A DNA stretch of 64,000 nt from Burkholderiales bacterium (lineage in GTDB: Bacteria > Pseudomonadota > Gammaproteobacteria > Burkholderiales > Burkholderiaceae_C): NCBI GenBank assembly GCA_038328055.1, contig JBBQLQ010000001.1, positions 3,816-67,815 of the forward strand, given 5' to 3'. Position 1 is the stretch's first letter. Each line of letters begins with the position of its first letter. The notes below the pieces were generated by a model. That model was given only the letters and a program-made list of their open reading frames with translations, did no database searches and had not been told where the DNA came from. Position numbers and translations under genes: made by a program. This document shows positions 49,873 through 59,294 of the stretch, piece by piece.

Positions 49873-52159
49873 CATCGGCGACCGCCAGAGCGGTCATATT
49901 GACCACCCGGCGCACCGTGCTCGACGGTGTCAGCACATGCGCCGTGGCCGCTGCACCCAGCAGAATCGGGCCCACTGTCACGCCGTGGCTGCCGGTCATT
50001 TTGAGCACGTTGAACAAAATGTTGGCCGAATCCAGATTCGGGCAGATCAGGATGTTGGCCGAGCCGCTCAGGCTGGTTTCCAGCAAGGCGTTGTGACGGA
50101 TTTCATCTGACAGAGCAGCATCGCCTTGCAATTCGCCGTCGCACTCCACCTCCGGGCAGGCAGCCTTGAACAGGTCACGCGCAGCACGCATTTTTTGCGC
50201 TGAAGCACGCTTGGATGAGCCGTAATTCGAGTGCGACAAAAACGCCACCTTGGGCGGCAGGCCAAAGCGGCGCACCTCGTCGGCGGCCATGCGGGCAATG
50301 CCAGCGAGCTGTTCGGCGCTCGGGTCTTCGTTGACATAGGTGTCGGCCACAAACAGCGAATGGCGCTCCAGCATCAAGGCGTTGAGCGTGGCAAAACAGG
50401 GGGCATCAGCGCGACAACCCAGCACATCGCGCACATGCTCCAGGTGCACGTCAAAGCGGCCATGCACGCCGCACAACATGGCATCGGCATCACCGAGCTT
50501 GACCATCAGCGCGGCAATGGTGGTGGTGCTGCGACGCACGGCGGCCTTGGCGGCCTCAGGGCTGACACCTTGGCGGCCCAACAATTGGTGGTAGGTTTCC
50601 CAGTACTGGCGAAAGCGCGGGTCGTCTTCGGGGTTGCAGCAGTCAAAGTCACGCCCGAGCTGCATGCGCAACCCGGCTTTGGCAATGCGCGCTTCGATGA
50701 CGGCCGGGCGGCCAATCAGGATCGGCTTGGCCAGACCCCCTTCAATGACGATCTGAACGGCGCGCAGCACGCGTTCGTCTTCACCTTCGGCATAGGCCAC
50801 GCGATTGGCGCTGGCGGGCGCATTGCGGGCGGCGCTGAAAACCGGTTCCATCAGCAGACCGGTGGAGTAAACAAAACGTGACAGTTCCTGCCGGTAGGCA
50901 TCCATGTCTTTGATCGGGCGCGCTGCCACGCCTGAGCGTTCGGCGGCGGCCGCCACGGCTGGGGCAATGCGCAAAATCAGGCGCGAATCAAATGGTTTGG
51001 GGATGATGAAGTCTGGGCCAAAAGCCAACTCTTGCCCAGCGTAGGCGTGTGCCACTTCTTCGCTGATGTCGGCCTTGGCCAGTGCGGCGATTTCTTGCAC
51101 GCAAGCCAGCTTCATCTCTTCGGTGATCTTGGTGGCGCCACAGTCGAGCGCGCCGCGAAAGATGTACGGGAAACACAGCACGTTGTTGACCTGGTTCGGG
51201 TAGTCCGAGCGGCCGGTGGCAATGATGCAGTCGGGCCGCACGGCTTTGGCCAGTTCGGGGCGAATTTCAGGCTCAGGGTTGGCCAGCGCCAGAATGATGG
51301 GTTGCGTCGCCATGGTTTTCACCATGTCTTGCGTCAGCACGCCAGCGGCCGAGCAGCCCAGAAATACGTCGGCACCGTCAACTGCATCGGCCAGTGTGCG
51401 CATGACTGTATCTTGGGAAAAGCGTGCCTTGGACTCGTCATAACCGCCGGGGCGACCTTGGTAGACCACGCCTTTGGAGTCGCACATGTAAATATTTTTG
51501 ACCTGCACGCCCAGGCCCACCATCACATTCAGGCAGGCAATGGCCGCAGCACCCGCGCCAGAGACGGCCATGCGCACCGAGCCAATCGGTTTGCCAACAA
51601 TTTCCAGTGCGTTGATGAGCGCGGCGCTGGAGATGATGGCGGTGCCGTGCTGGTCATCGTGAAACACCGGAATGCCCATGCGTGCGCTGAGCTTTTGCTC
51701 GATATAAAAGCACTCGGGGGCCTTGATGTCTTCCAGGTTGATACCGCCCAGGGTCGGTTCCATGGCGGCAATGATTTCGATCAACTTGTCGGGGTCGCGT
51801 TCATCAAGCTCAATGTCAAACACGTCAATGCCGGCAAATTTTTTGAACAGACAACCTTTGCCTTCCATCACCGGCTTGCCTGCCAGCGGCCCGATGTCTC
51901 CCAAGCCGAGCACCGCCGTGCCATTGGTGATGACCCCTACCAGGTTGCCACGGCTGGTGTACTCATGCGCCATGGCCGGGTTGGCTTGAATCTCCAGACA
52001 GGGATAGGCCACGCCGGGCGAATACGCCAGTGACAAATCGCGCTGGTTGTACAGCGGCTTGGTGGCGTTGACCGAAATTTTGCCACGGGTGGGCAGGCGG
52101 TGGTACTCAGTGGCTGCGTCACGCAGGGATTGTTCAGCGGGAGAAAGTTCAGTGCTCAC
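49856..52159 (-). CDS. maeB: NADP-dependent malic enzyme (PTA-fusion type)
   Basis: [31 protein letters not shown]-terminal PTA-like domain; GTG start 52159 after GGAG. Confidence 0.94.
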   Translation of the reverse strand: MSTELSPAEQSLRDAATEYHRLPTRGKISVNATKPLYNQRDLSLAYSPGVAYPCLEIQANPAMAHEYTSRGNLVGVITNGTAVLGLGDIGPLAGKPVMEGKGCLFKKFAGIDVFDIELDERDPDKLIEIIAAMEPTLGGINLEDIKAPECFYIEQKLSARMGIPVFHDDQHGTAIISSAALINALEIVGKPIGSVRMAVSGAGAAAIACLNVMVGLGVQVKNIYMCDSKGVVYQGRPGGYDESKARFSQDTVMRTLADAVDGADVFLGCSAAGVLTQDMVKTMATQPIILALANPEPEIRPELAKAVRPDCIIATGRSDYPNQVNNVLCFPYIFRGALDCGATKITEEMKLACVQEIAALAKADISEEVAHAYAGQELAFGPDFIIPKPFDSRLILRIAPAVAAAAERSGVAARPIKDMDAYRQELSRFVYSTGLLMEPVFSAARNAPASANRVAYAEGEDERVLRAVQIVIEGGLAKPILIGRPAVIEARIAKAGLRMQLGRDFDCCNPEDDPRFRQYWETYHQLLGRQGVSPEAAKAAVRRSTTTIAALMVKLGDADAMLCGVHGRFDVHLEHVRDVLGCRADAPCFATLNALMLERHSLFVADTYVNEDPSAEQLAGIARMAADEVRRFGLPPKVAFLSHSNYGSSKRASAQKMRAARDLFKAACPEVECDGELQGDAALSDEIRHNALLETSLSGSANILICPNLDSANILFNVLKMTGSHGVTVGPILLGAAATAHVLTPSSTVRRVVNMTALAVADVSALR

Positions 52160-52232
52160 AGGGACTCCAGTGGTTTGAGTGGCTGCTACTTTACTCCTGT
52201 CAGACTGGGCTGGCTGGTTGCCCGTGTCGTGG

Positions 52233-53477
52233 CTACTGCAAAAGCTCGTGCAGCGTGCGTGCCACCACCTGGGTGGCGCGGCGCAAGTCTTCCAGCGCCA
52301 GGTGCTCATCGGCGCGCTTGGCATTGGACTCGCGCACCGTGCGCGGGCCGGCACCATAGATCACACCGGGAATGCCGTGCTCGGCGTACAGACGCACATC
52401 GGTGTACAGCGGTGTGCCCACAGCGGCAATCGGCTCGCCAAACACCGCCTGGCCATGTTTCTGGATGGCTTGCACCAGCGGCTGATTGCCCGGCAGCGGC
52501 TGCATGGCGCGTGCCAGCAGCAGGCGGCGCACGTCGACCGAGATGTGCTTGCCACCGCGGGGTGGTTGGTAGCTGGCGGCGGCCTGCGCAATGGTCTGGC
52601 GCAAGGCGGCTTCTACCTGGCCTGGGTCTTCTTCGGGAATCATGCGCCGGTCCAGCTTGAACACCACCTTGCCGGGGATGACATTGGTGTTGCTGCCCCC
52701 GCTGATTTGCCCCACGTTGAGGTAAGGGTGGCTGATGCCTTCGATGGACGAGGTGACTTGCAGGTAGTCGGCGTTCAAGGCATACAGGGCGTTCAGGATG
52801 TGCACCGCACCCTGCAGGGCATCGGTGCCACTGTCGGGAATGGCGGCATGCGCCATGTCGCCACGCACCGTGATTTCAAGCTGCAGGCAGCCGTTGTGCG
52901 CCACCACCACCTGGTAGCTGAAGCCAGCGGCAATCAGCAAGTCGGGTTGGGTATGACCATGCGCCAAAAGCCAGCCTGGGCCGAGCTCGCCGCCGTATTC
53001 TTCGTCGTAGCTCACATGCAGTTCAACCCGGCCTTTGAGTTGGGCACCGAGCGACTCCAGCGCGCGGATGGCAAAGGTAAAACTGGCGATGTCGCATTTG
53101 CTCACAGCGCTGGCGCGGCCATAAATCTGGCCATCCACAATCTCACCGCCATAGGGGTCATGCGTCCAGCCTTCGCCGGGCGGCACCACGTCGCCGTGGG
53201 CGTTCAGGGCAATCGTCTTGCCGCCAGCACCATAGACGCGGCGCACGATCAGGTTGGTGATGCTTTGCAGACCAGCGGCATGCACTTGCGCGGCAGGCAC
53301 CGGGTATTGCTCGGCGTGCAAGCCCATGTCGGCCAGCAACTCGGCAGTGCGCTGCGCGTGTGGCGCGTTGTTGCCCGGCGGCGTGTCGGTGGGCACTTGG
53401 ATAAGTTTTTGCAGAAAGTGCACTTCTTCGTCAAAGTGGGCGTTGATCCAGGCATCGAGTTGTTCGGGGGCGGTCAT
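52233..53477 (-). CDS. M20/ArgE-DapE family metallohydrolase
   Basis: NAHGDVVP, GR...SKCD, DEE, AHAA, ADE; 4-bp overlap with upstream gene. Confidence 0.88.
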   Translation of the reverse strand: MTAPEQLDAWINAHFDEEVHFLQKLIQVPTDTPPGNNAPHAQRTAELLADMGLHAEQYPVPAAQVHAAGLQSITNLIVRRVYGAGGKTIALNAHGDVVPPGEGWTHDPYGGEIVDGQIYGRASAVSKCDIASFTFAIRALESLGAQLKGRVELHVSYDEEYGGELGPGWLLAHGHTQPDLLIAAGFSYQVVVAHNGCLQLEITVRGDMAHAAIPDSGTDALQGAVHILNALYALNADYLQVTSSIEGISHPYLNVGQISGGSNTNVIPGKVVFKLDRRMIPEEDPGQVEAALRQTIAQAAASYQPPRGGKHISVDVRRLLLARAMQPLPGNQPLVQAIQKHGQAVFGEPIAAVGTPLYTDVRLYAEHGIPGVIYGAGPRTVRESNAKRADEHLALEDLRRATQVVARTLHELLQ

Positions 53478-55444
53478 GGTCGGGCTCCTTCGGTGTGGGC
53501 CAGTTGGTTCAACAAGTGGGCAAACGCCGCTACGGCCAACTGCATGTCGTCGCTGGTGGTCGACTCCAGCGGGTTGTGGCTGATGCCGGCGTTTTGACCG
53601 CGTACAAACAGCATGGCTTGCGGCATCAGTTCGTGCAGCTTCATGGCATCGTGACCGGCCCCGCTGGGCATGCGGTGCAGCGGCAGACCCAGTGCGGTGA
53701 CGGCATTTTCCCAGCGCTGTTGCCAGTCTGGCGCGCTGGGTGCGGCGCTGGCACGCATCGACTCAATCAGGGTGAAAGTTAGCTGGCGATGCTGGCAAAT
53801 GCGGGCCAGTGTGGCCCGCAAGTCGGCCTCCAGCCGGTCGCGCTGGGCGTTGGCAGGCGCGCGCAGGTCTACCGAAAACTGGCAGCGCCCCGGTACCACG
53901 TTGACCGAGCCGCCGGGCACCTCGAGTTGTCCCACGGTAGCCACCGAGTCGCCATCCTGCAAGGCGCGTTGTTCCATGGCCAACATGAACTCGGCGACCG
54001 CGCAGACCGCATCCTGGCGTAAGTGCATGGGCGTGGTGCCGGCGTGGCAGGCGGTGCCAACCACCTCGCACTGAAGCCGCACGCTGGCGTTGACGGAGGT
54101 CACCACGCCCAGCGGCAAATTCAAGGCGTTGAGCACCGGACCTTGCTCGATATGCACTTCAACAAAGCCCAGGTACTGCGCCGGGTCGCGCTTGAGCTGC
54201 TCAATCGCCTGCAGCGTGTCTGCTCGATCAAACCCGCACAGCCCGGCGTGTTGCATGGCTGTGAGCATCGTGATGCCTTGTTGATCGGTCTGGTCAAGCC
54301 AATCGGCCTTGAAATCACCCACCAGCGCGCCCGAGCCCAAAAAGGTGGCGTTAAAGCGCTGACCTTCTTCTTCGGCAAATGCCACCACTTCGATGGAAAA
54401 CGGCAGGCGTTTGCCGGCGCGGTGCAGTTCGCGCACACAGGCCATCGGCACAAAAATGCCCAGACGGCCGTCGTACTTGCCGCCGTTGCGTACCGTGTCG
54501 TAGTGGCTGCCAGTCAGCAGGGTTTTGCTGGCAAGGGGCATTGAAGCTTCGATCACAGCTGTACCCGTCGTTGCGAGCGCAGCGCCGCAATCCATACAGT
54601 CTGAATCCATAAATTGCCGCGTCGCTGGCGCTTCTCGCCATGACGAATGTTTCGGTTCAAGGTCTGTGTGCGGTTTTGATCCCGAAACGGGAGACTCGCC
54701 ATGACGAGACCGTCGCTCGTAGCGCCCCACCACATTGCCAACGGCATCGATGCGTACCGAGTCAAAGCCGCAGCCCAGCATCCGTGCTTTGATCTGCGCA
54801 GCGCAGGCACGGTGCGCGTCGGTCAGGTAGGTGACGCTGAGCTGGCCGTGCTCGCGGTAACCGTCATCCGACAACTCGGCCAGTTGCTCGTGCCAGTCCC
54901 ACACGTCATTGCCCAGCGCAGGGGTGAAGTCAAACTTGTCATTCAGGCGCAATTCGGCAATGCGATGAATGTTGCGCAGGCACTCCTGCAACTCAAAGTC
55001 AGGGTGGCCGTGCAGGCGGCGCTCGAAGGTGGCGATGATCTCGCCGCGGCTCAAGCCGCCTCCACCCGGGCCGCGTACCGCCAGGATGAAAGGCCAGCCA
55101 AATTTGGCGTTGTACGCCAGGTTGAGTTGCTGCAGTTTTGCAAATTCTTCGGCGCTGCAATGGGTCAGGCCCGCCTTGCTTTGCTCGCTGGCAGATTCTT
55201 CAGTCAGGCTCTGGCTGACCATGGCCTTGCCAGCCAGTTCAGGGTGGGCGCGGATCAGCTTGAGTTGTGCCGCCTGTCCGGCCGTGTCAAGCACCTGGGT
55301 CATCAGGTGCTTGAGGTGGGCAGTGGACTGGAACGGCCGGTTTTTAAGGGCTGCCTGGGCGATCCAGGGGGAGTGCTCGTAGAGGCCGTCGAGCCACGTC
55401 AGAGCTTCCTGTTGTTCGGCCGCGTTGAGTTGGGTCAGATTCAT
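53474..55444 (-). CDS. OHCU decarboxylase (UraD) fused to allantoate amidohydrolase-like M20 domain
   Basis: YEHSPWIA, AHPELAG, YNAKFGWPFI; then GSHYDTV, DGRLG, EEEG, HIEQGP, HAGTTPM, GAGHDA. Confidence 0.9.
   Translation of the reverse strand: MNLTQLNAAEQQEALTWLDGLYEHSPWIAQAALKNRPFQSTAHLKHLMTQVLDTAGQAAQLKLIRAHPELAGKAMVSQSLTEESASEQSKAGLTHCSAEEFAKLQQLNLAYNAKFGWPFILAVRGPGGGGLSRGEIIATFERRLHGHPDFELQECLRNIHRIAELRLNDKFDFTPALGNDVWDWHEQLAELSDDGYREHGQLSVTYLTDAHRACAAQIKARMLGCGFDSVRIDAVGNVVGRYERRSRHGESPVSGSKPHTDLEPKHSSWREAPATRQFMDSDCMDCGAALATTGTAVIEASMPLASKTLLTGSHYDTVRNGGKYDGRLGIFVPMACVRELHRAGKRLPFSIEVVAFAEEEGQRFNATFLGSGALVGDFKADWLDQTDQQGITMLTAMQHAGLCGFDRADTLQAIEQLKRDPAQYLGFVEVHIEQGPVLNALNLPLGVVTSVNASVRLQCEVVGTACHAGTTPMHLRQDAVCAVAEFMLAMEQRALQDGDSVATVGQLEVPGGSVNVVPGRCQFSVDLRAPANAQRDRLEADLRATLARICQHRQLTFTLIESMRASAAPSAPDWQQRWENAVTALGLPLHRMPSGAGHDAMKLHELMPQAMLFVRGQNAGISHNPLESTTSDDMQLAVAAFAHLLNQLAHTEGARP
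54567..54644. repeat. Palindromic element copy translated in-frame inside the UraD-amidohydrolase CDS
   Basis: Reverse complement GTCATGGCGAGAAGCGCCAGCGACGCGGCAAT...TGGATTGCGGCGCTGCGCTCGCAACGAC matches 782-858; second end fragment CTCGCCATGAC at 54695-54705. Confidence 0.85.
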
Positions 55445-55490
55445 TTATTCTGACCTCCCGCTGTGCGACGGCAGTTGCGTGCGCCGGCTT

Positions 55491-55806
55491 TTTCCCCCTC
55501 TATCCCCCCCCCGCCCCTGATCCCCCCGCCGGGGCGCAAAGGGGAGCCAATAGCCATATGTGGCCAGCGCTTCTAAGTGAGGCAGTTCACGACCACGGCC
55601 GGTTGGGTTCTTTGATTTTTTTGCGATTGCGCTGACATTGAAATCCGACCCTGAAGCCGAAAAAATCGCGGTGCAACGTCGATGAGTTTGCCCAACTAAC
55701 CAAGCGTCTTGAACTCGGCTACTAAAAACACAAGGCCAAATACGGCGGTTAGCTCCCTTTCTCGCCCGGCGGGGCGAGAGAGGGCGGGGGGTGAGAGTGG
55801 GGGAAA
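55491..55806. repeat. Pair of ~55-bp imperfect inverted C/G-rich repeats flanking ~200 bp
   Basis: 55491-55547 TTTCCCCCTCTATCCCCCCCCCGCCCC...AAAGGGGAGC vs 55752-55806 GCTCCCTTT...GGGCGGGGGGTGAGAGTGGGGGAAA. Confidence 0.75.
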
Positions 55807-55832
55807 TCAACGATAAATACATAAAACTTTTT

Positions 55833-55886
55833 GCTTCAAAAAACATAGCGTATTGCGCATATGGAATAAGGGCTAGAGCACAATTT
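55833..55886 (+). repeat. 54-bp dispersed motif copy 12 (intergenic)
   Basis: GCTT caaaaaaca TAGC gtatt GCGC atatggaat AAGGGCTAGAGCA caa TTT. Confidence 0.9.
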
Positions 55887-55932
55887 AACTTGTAATTAAT
55901 CACCCGTCTGGCCGTCAGGATCAGGATCAGGG

Positions 55933-56895
55933 TCAGGCAAGCGTCGCCGCTTCATAGGGATGCACACGGTGCCAGTGCCGGGCAATGTCAATGCGCCGAC
56001 ACACCCAAACATCGCTGTGTTGGCCAATGTAGTCCAGAAACCGCTGCAGCGCGCTGATGCGCCCGGGCCGTCCCAGCAGGCGGCAATGCATGCCCACGCT
56101 CATCATCTTGGGCGCGTTCAGACCAGCCGGGTCGCCCTCCGTGTAGAGCGCATCAAAACTGTCTTTCAGGTATTGGTAAAAAGGGTCAGCATGCGAATAA
56201 CCCTGGGGCAGGCAGAAGCGCATGTCGTTGCAGTCCAACGTGTAAGGCACGATGAGTTGCGGCACCACTTGTCCATCAGTTTTCTTCACCCCCATCCAGA
56301 ACGGCAGGTCGTCGCCGTAGTAATCGCTGTCGTAGGCAAAGCCGCCAAAGTCAGCCACCAGGCGGCGGGTGTTGGGGCTGTCGCGCCCGGTGTACCAGCC
56401 CAGGGGCCGCTCGCCCATGAGTTGCGTCAGGGTTTCCATGCCGCGTTGCAGGTGCTCGCGCTCGGTGGCTTCATCAACATTCTGGTAGCTGATCCAGCGC
56501 CAGCCGTGGCAGGCAATTTCGTGGCCAGCTTTTTGCAATGCCTGCACCAGACCGGGCTGGCGCTCCAGCGCCATGCTGACACCAAACACGGTGAGTGGCA
56601 GGCCGCGCTGCTCAAACTCGCGCAGAATCCGCCAGACACCGGCGCGCCCACCGTATTCGTAAATGCTCTCCATGCTGAGGTGGCGGTCCGGGTAGCTGGG
56701 CGGGTTGGCCATTTCGGACAAAAACTGCTCGCTGCCTGCATCGCCATGCAGCACACAGTTTTCACCACCTTCCTCGTAATTGAGCACGAATTGCACCGCA
56801 ATGCGGGCCTGATTTGGCCATTGCGGGTGCGGCGGTGTCGGGCCGTAGCCGACCAAATCGCGCGGGTAGGGCAGGGTGCTGCCGGCATGTCTCAT
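55933..56895 (-). CDS. puuE: Allantoinase (polysaccharide-deacetylase-like)
   Basis: YPRDLVGYG, QFVLNYEEGGE, SIYEYG.RAG, HGWRW, GWYTGR, HCRLLGRPGR. Confidence 0.92.
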   Translation of the reverse strand: MRHAGSTLPYPRDLVGYGPTPPHPQWPNQARIAVQFVLNYEEGGENCVLHGDAGSEQFLSEMANPPSYPDRHLSMESIYEYGGRAGVWRILREFEQRGLPLTVFGVSMALERQPGLVQALQKAGHEIACHGWRWISYQNVDEATEREHLQRGMETLTQLMGERPLGWYTGRDSPNTRRLVADFGGFAYDSDYYGDDLPFWMGVKKTDGQVVPQLIVPYTLDCNDMRFCLPQGYSHADPFYQYLKDSFDALYTEGDPAGLNAPKMMSVGMHCRLLGRPGRISALQRFLDYIGQHSDVWVCRRIDIARHWHRVHPYEAATLA

Positions 56896-57002
56896 AGGGC
56901 GGACTCCAGTGCAAAAAGGCCTGCCGGGCATGATAGCCGAGCAGTCCTCACGGGCGACACTTTGCCAGCACAATGGCGCTTGCCATCAACCAAGGATTAG
57001 CC

Positions 57003-57362
57003 ATGAGCCTGAGCACCCACGTTTTGGACACCATGCACGGCACGCCCGCGGCTGGTATGCAAGTAGCGCTGTACGCCACCAATGGTGACAGTGACGTCGC
57101 GCATTGCCTCAAGCAGTTTGTGCTGAACCAGGATGGCCGCAACCCGGATGGTTTGTTGCTGGATGCGGCCAGCTTGCAGCGTGGCACTTACCGGCTGGTG
57201 TTTGAGGTGGCGGCGTATTTCAAGGTGCGCGGCGTGATGTTGCCAGAGCCGAATTTTCTGGGACGCGTGACGCTTGATTTTGGGGTGGCGGAACCGACTC
57301 AGCACTACCATGTGCCGCTGCTGGTGAGCCCGTGGAGTTATTCGACCTACCGGGGGTCGTGA
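57003..57362 (+). CDS. uraH: 5-hydroxyisourate hydrolase
   Basis: LSTHVLD, DGR, HYHVPLL, C-terminal YRGS. Confidence 0.94.
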   Translation: MSLSTHVLDTMHGTPAAGMQVALYATNGDSDVAHCLKQFVLNQDGRNPDGLLLDAASLQRGTYRLVFEVAAYFKVRGVMLPEPNFLGRVTLDFGVAEPTQHYHVPLLVSPWSYSTYRGS

Positions 57363-57390
57363 AGCTGGGTTTGGTCAGTCCCCCAAGTTC

Positions 57391-57601
57391 AGACTTCCTG
57401 ATGCGTATAGGCAAAATTTGCTTTAGCCCTGCTGCACATCACTTTGAATCGCACCCACTGGCACTTGTAGGAGCGGCGGCAGCCGCGAATTCGGGCTTGT
57501 AGGAGCGGCGGCAGCCGCGAATTCGGGCTTGCCAGCCCTCCTACAAAGTAACAACCAGGCTCTCACCATGCCAAATGGATTCCGTGCGGATCAGGAAGTC
57601 T
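57391..57601. mobile_element. Putative MITE-like element with 12-bp terminal inverted repeats
   Basis: AGACTTCCTGAT (57391-57402) / ATCAGGAAGTCT (57590-57601); no transposase; contains GTAG-type REP repeats. Confidence 0.5.
57464..57546. repeat. GTAG-type REP-like repeats: 32-bp tandem duplicate plus inverted partner
   Basis: CTTGTAGGAGCGGCGGCAGCCGCGAATTCGGG x2, closing with ...CCCTCCTACAA. Confidence 0.8.
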
Positions 57602-57602
57602 T

Positions 57603-57747
57603 AAGGTGGACAGCCGACGATCGGTTGAGGACAGAGCAAAGTTCACTGCGTGTAACTCTTGGTCTGTCCCGCAAGGTGGACAGCCGACGATCGGTTGAGG
57701 ACAGAGCAAAGTTCACTGCGTGTAACTCTTGGTCTGTCCCGCAAGGT
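57603..57747. repeat. Perfect 70-bp tandem duplication containing a hairpin (GGACAGA...TCTGTCC)
   Basis: 57603-57672 identical to 57673-57742. Confidence 0.92.
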
Positions 57748-58293
57748 TTAGAGCTGCCCTTCCGTCAAGGTATCTAGCTGGAAGGTGCCGCTTTTGTGCC
57801 ACAGCCAGGTGTCGGTGTAGGTGACGCGGCCCATGCGCAGGGGCGCGGGGTAGGGGGCGGCGGCGCGCACGGTGCGCTCGATCTCGGCCATGACTTCAGG
57901 GACGTGACTGGGAGCACGCATCCAGCTGATGCCAGTGACGCGGCCCCGGCCATCGACTTCCACTTGCAGCACGCCCACGGCGTACAGCAGTGGCGGCAGC
58001 TTGCCATGAAAGATGCGATCTGCATTCCTGCCATACAGATGGCTGGCCGCATCAATGCGGTATTCACGCGGGGTGTTGGCTTTGGAGACAAAGCGGGGTT
58101 CTTCCAATGGCGCGATGGCGACAGGCGCTGGCGGCACAGGTGCCGGCTTGGGCAACTGCACGGTGGGTTGGGTCGGTGGCAACGGCGTGGCGGTGCAGCC
58201 AGCCAGCAAGGTGGCCACGCCAGCGCCCAAGGCCAGGCCCAGGCTGGTCAGGCGCGTGGGGGTGTTGGAAATCAGGGTCATGATGCGTCTCAT
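57748..58293 (-). CDS. Hypothetical lipoprotein (Pro-rich linker, TonB/TolA C-terminal-like domain)
   Basis: Lipobox LLAGC, Pro-rich stretch, C-term FQLDTLTEGQ; start uncertain. Confidence 0.7.
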   Translation of the reverse strand: MRRIMTLISNTPTRLTSLGLALGAGVATLLAGCTATPLPPTQPTVQLPKPAPVPPAPVAIAPLEEPRFVSKANTPREYRIDAASHLYGRNADRIFHGKLPPLLYAVGVLQVEVDGRGRVTGISWMRAPSHVPEVMAEIERTVRAAAPYPAPLRMGRVTYTDTWLWHKSGTFQLDTLTEGQL

Positions 58294-58402
58294 GGTCGGG
58301 TTGGAATGGGTTACGCTGTCGCCGTTTGACCTGCGAAACCCCGTAATGTGCCCCAAAATTCGCTGTTTGTCCTGGGGTAATGACTTAAAAGGGTAAGGAT
58401 TT

Positions 58403-59284
58403 GTGACACAAGTGGTCGAATTTTTGACACAGTTGGCCGCTGCTGATGCAGTGCTGGTCACGGTGCGGGCCTACCGGGGCTCGGTGCCGCGCGAGCCTGG
58501 TGCCTGGATGGCCGTGTTTGCCGATACCACGGTGGGCACCATTGGCGGTGGTAACCTGGAGTGGCAGGCCCTGGCCCAGGCACGCCTGCGCCTGGCGGGT
58601 CAAGGCGATGATGCTGAAGTCAACTACAAACTGGGCCCCTCGCTGGGCCAGTGCTGCGGGGGCGAAGTGCGGTTGCGCTTTGAACACGTTTGCGCAACCA
58701 ATGTGACCCAACTGCAACAACGTTTTGACTTGGAGCATGCCCAATGGCCGCAGGTGGCGCTGTTTGGTGGCGGCCACGTGGGCCAGGCGCTGGTGCAGGT
58801 GCTGGGGAAATTGCCGTTGCAAGTGCGCTGGATTGACAGCCGTGACGAGATATTTCCAACCCAGTTGCCCAGCAACGTGTACTGCGAACATTGCGACCCG
58901 GTGCAGGCGGCAGTAGTCGATCTGGCCGCAGGAACCCAGGTGCTGATCATGAGCTTCAGCCATGCCGAAGACCTGGACGTGGTGGCCGCTTGCCTGAGCC
59001 GCCAGCGTGCCCGGGCTGATCTGGGCATGATCGGGTTGATAGGCAGCAAAACCAAATGGGCAGTTTTCCGGCAACGCCTTGAGGCGCGCGGATTTGCGCA
59101 AGCAGACCTGGCGCAAGTCGCCAGCCCGATTGGCCTGCCAGGCATCGCCGGTAAACAGCCCGAGGTGATCGCTGTGGCGGTGGCGGCACAAGTCTTGCTG
59201 GCGGTGTCTGCAGGGTCGACAAGATGGCCGCCTTCGCGGCTACGACGGCCCGTTGACAACACGTTAATGCACTCTGCGAGATAA
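58403..59284 (+). CDS. xdhC: Xanthine dehydrogenase accessory protein
   Basis: GSVPREPGAWM, GTIGGGNLE, LGQCCGG, FGGGHVG, GLIGSKTK, PIGL. Confidence 0.92.
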   Translation: MTQVVEFLTQLAAADAVLVTVRAYRGSVPREPGAWMAVFADTTVGTIGGGNLEWQALAQARLRLAGQGDDAEVNYKLGPSLGQCCGGEVRLRFEHVCATNVTQLQQRFDLEHAQWPQVALFGGGHVGQALVQVLGKLPLQVRWIDSRDEIFPTQLPSNVYCEHCDPVQAAVVDLAAGTQVLIMSFSHAEDLDVVAACLSRQRARADLGMIGLIGSKTKWAVFRQRLEARGFAQADLAQVASPIGLPGIAGKQPEVIAVAVAAQVLLAVSAGSTRWPPSRLRRPVDNTLMHSAR

Positions 59285-59294
59285 AGGACACAAC

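Noticed and set aside
55445-55903. 152-aa minus-strand ORF between puuE and uraD
   Set aside because: Made up of repeat elements, atypical composition, no family motif
55915-55938. (TCAGGA)-type short tandem after puuE
   Set aside because: Only 3-4 imperfect units; too short to interpret
57603-57747. Possible CRISPR array
   Set aside because: Two identical units with no unique spacers and no cas genes; simple tandem duplication
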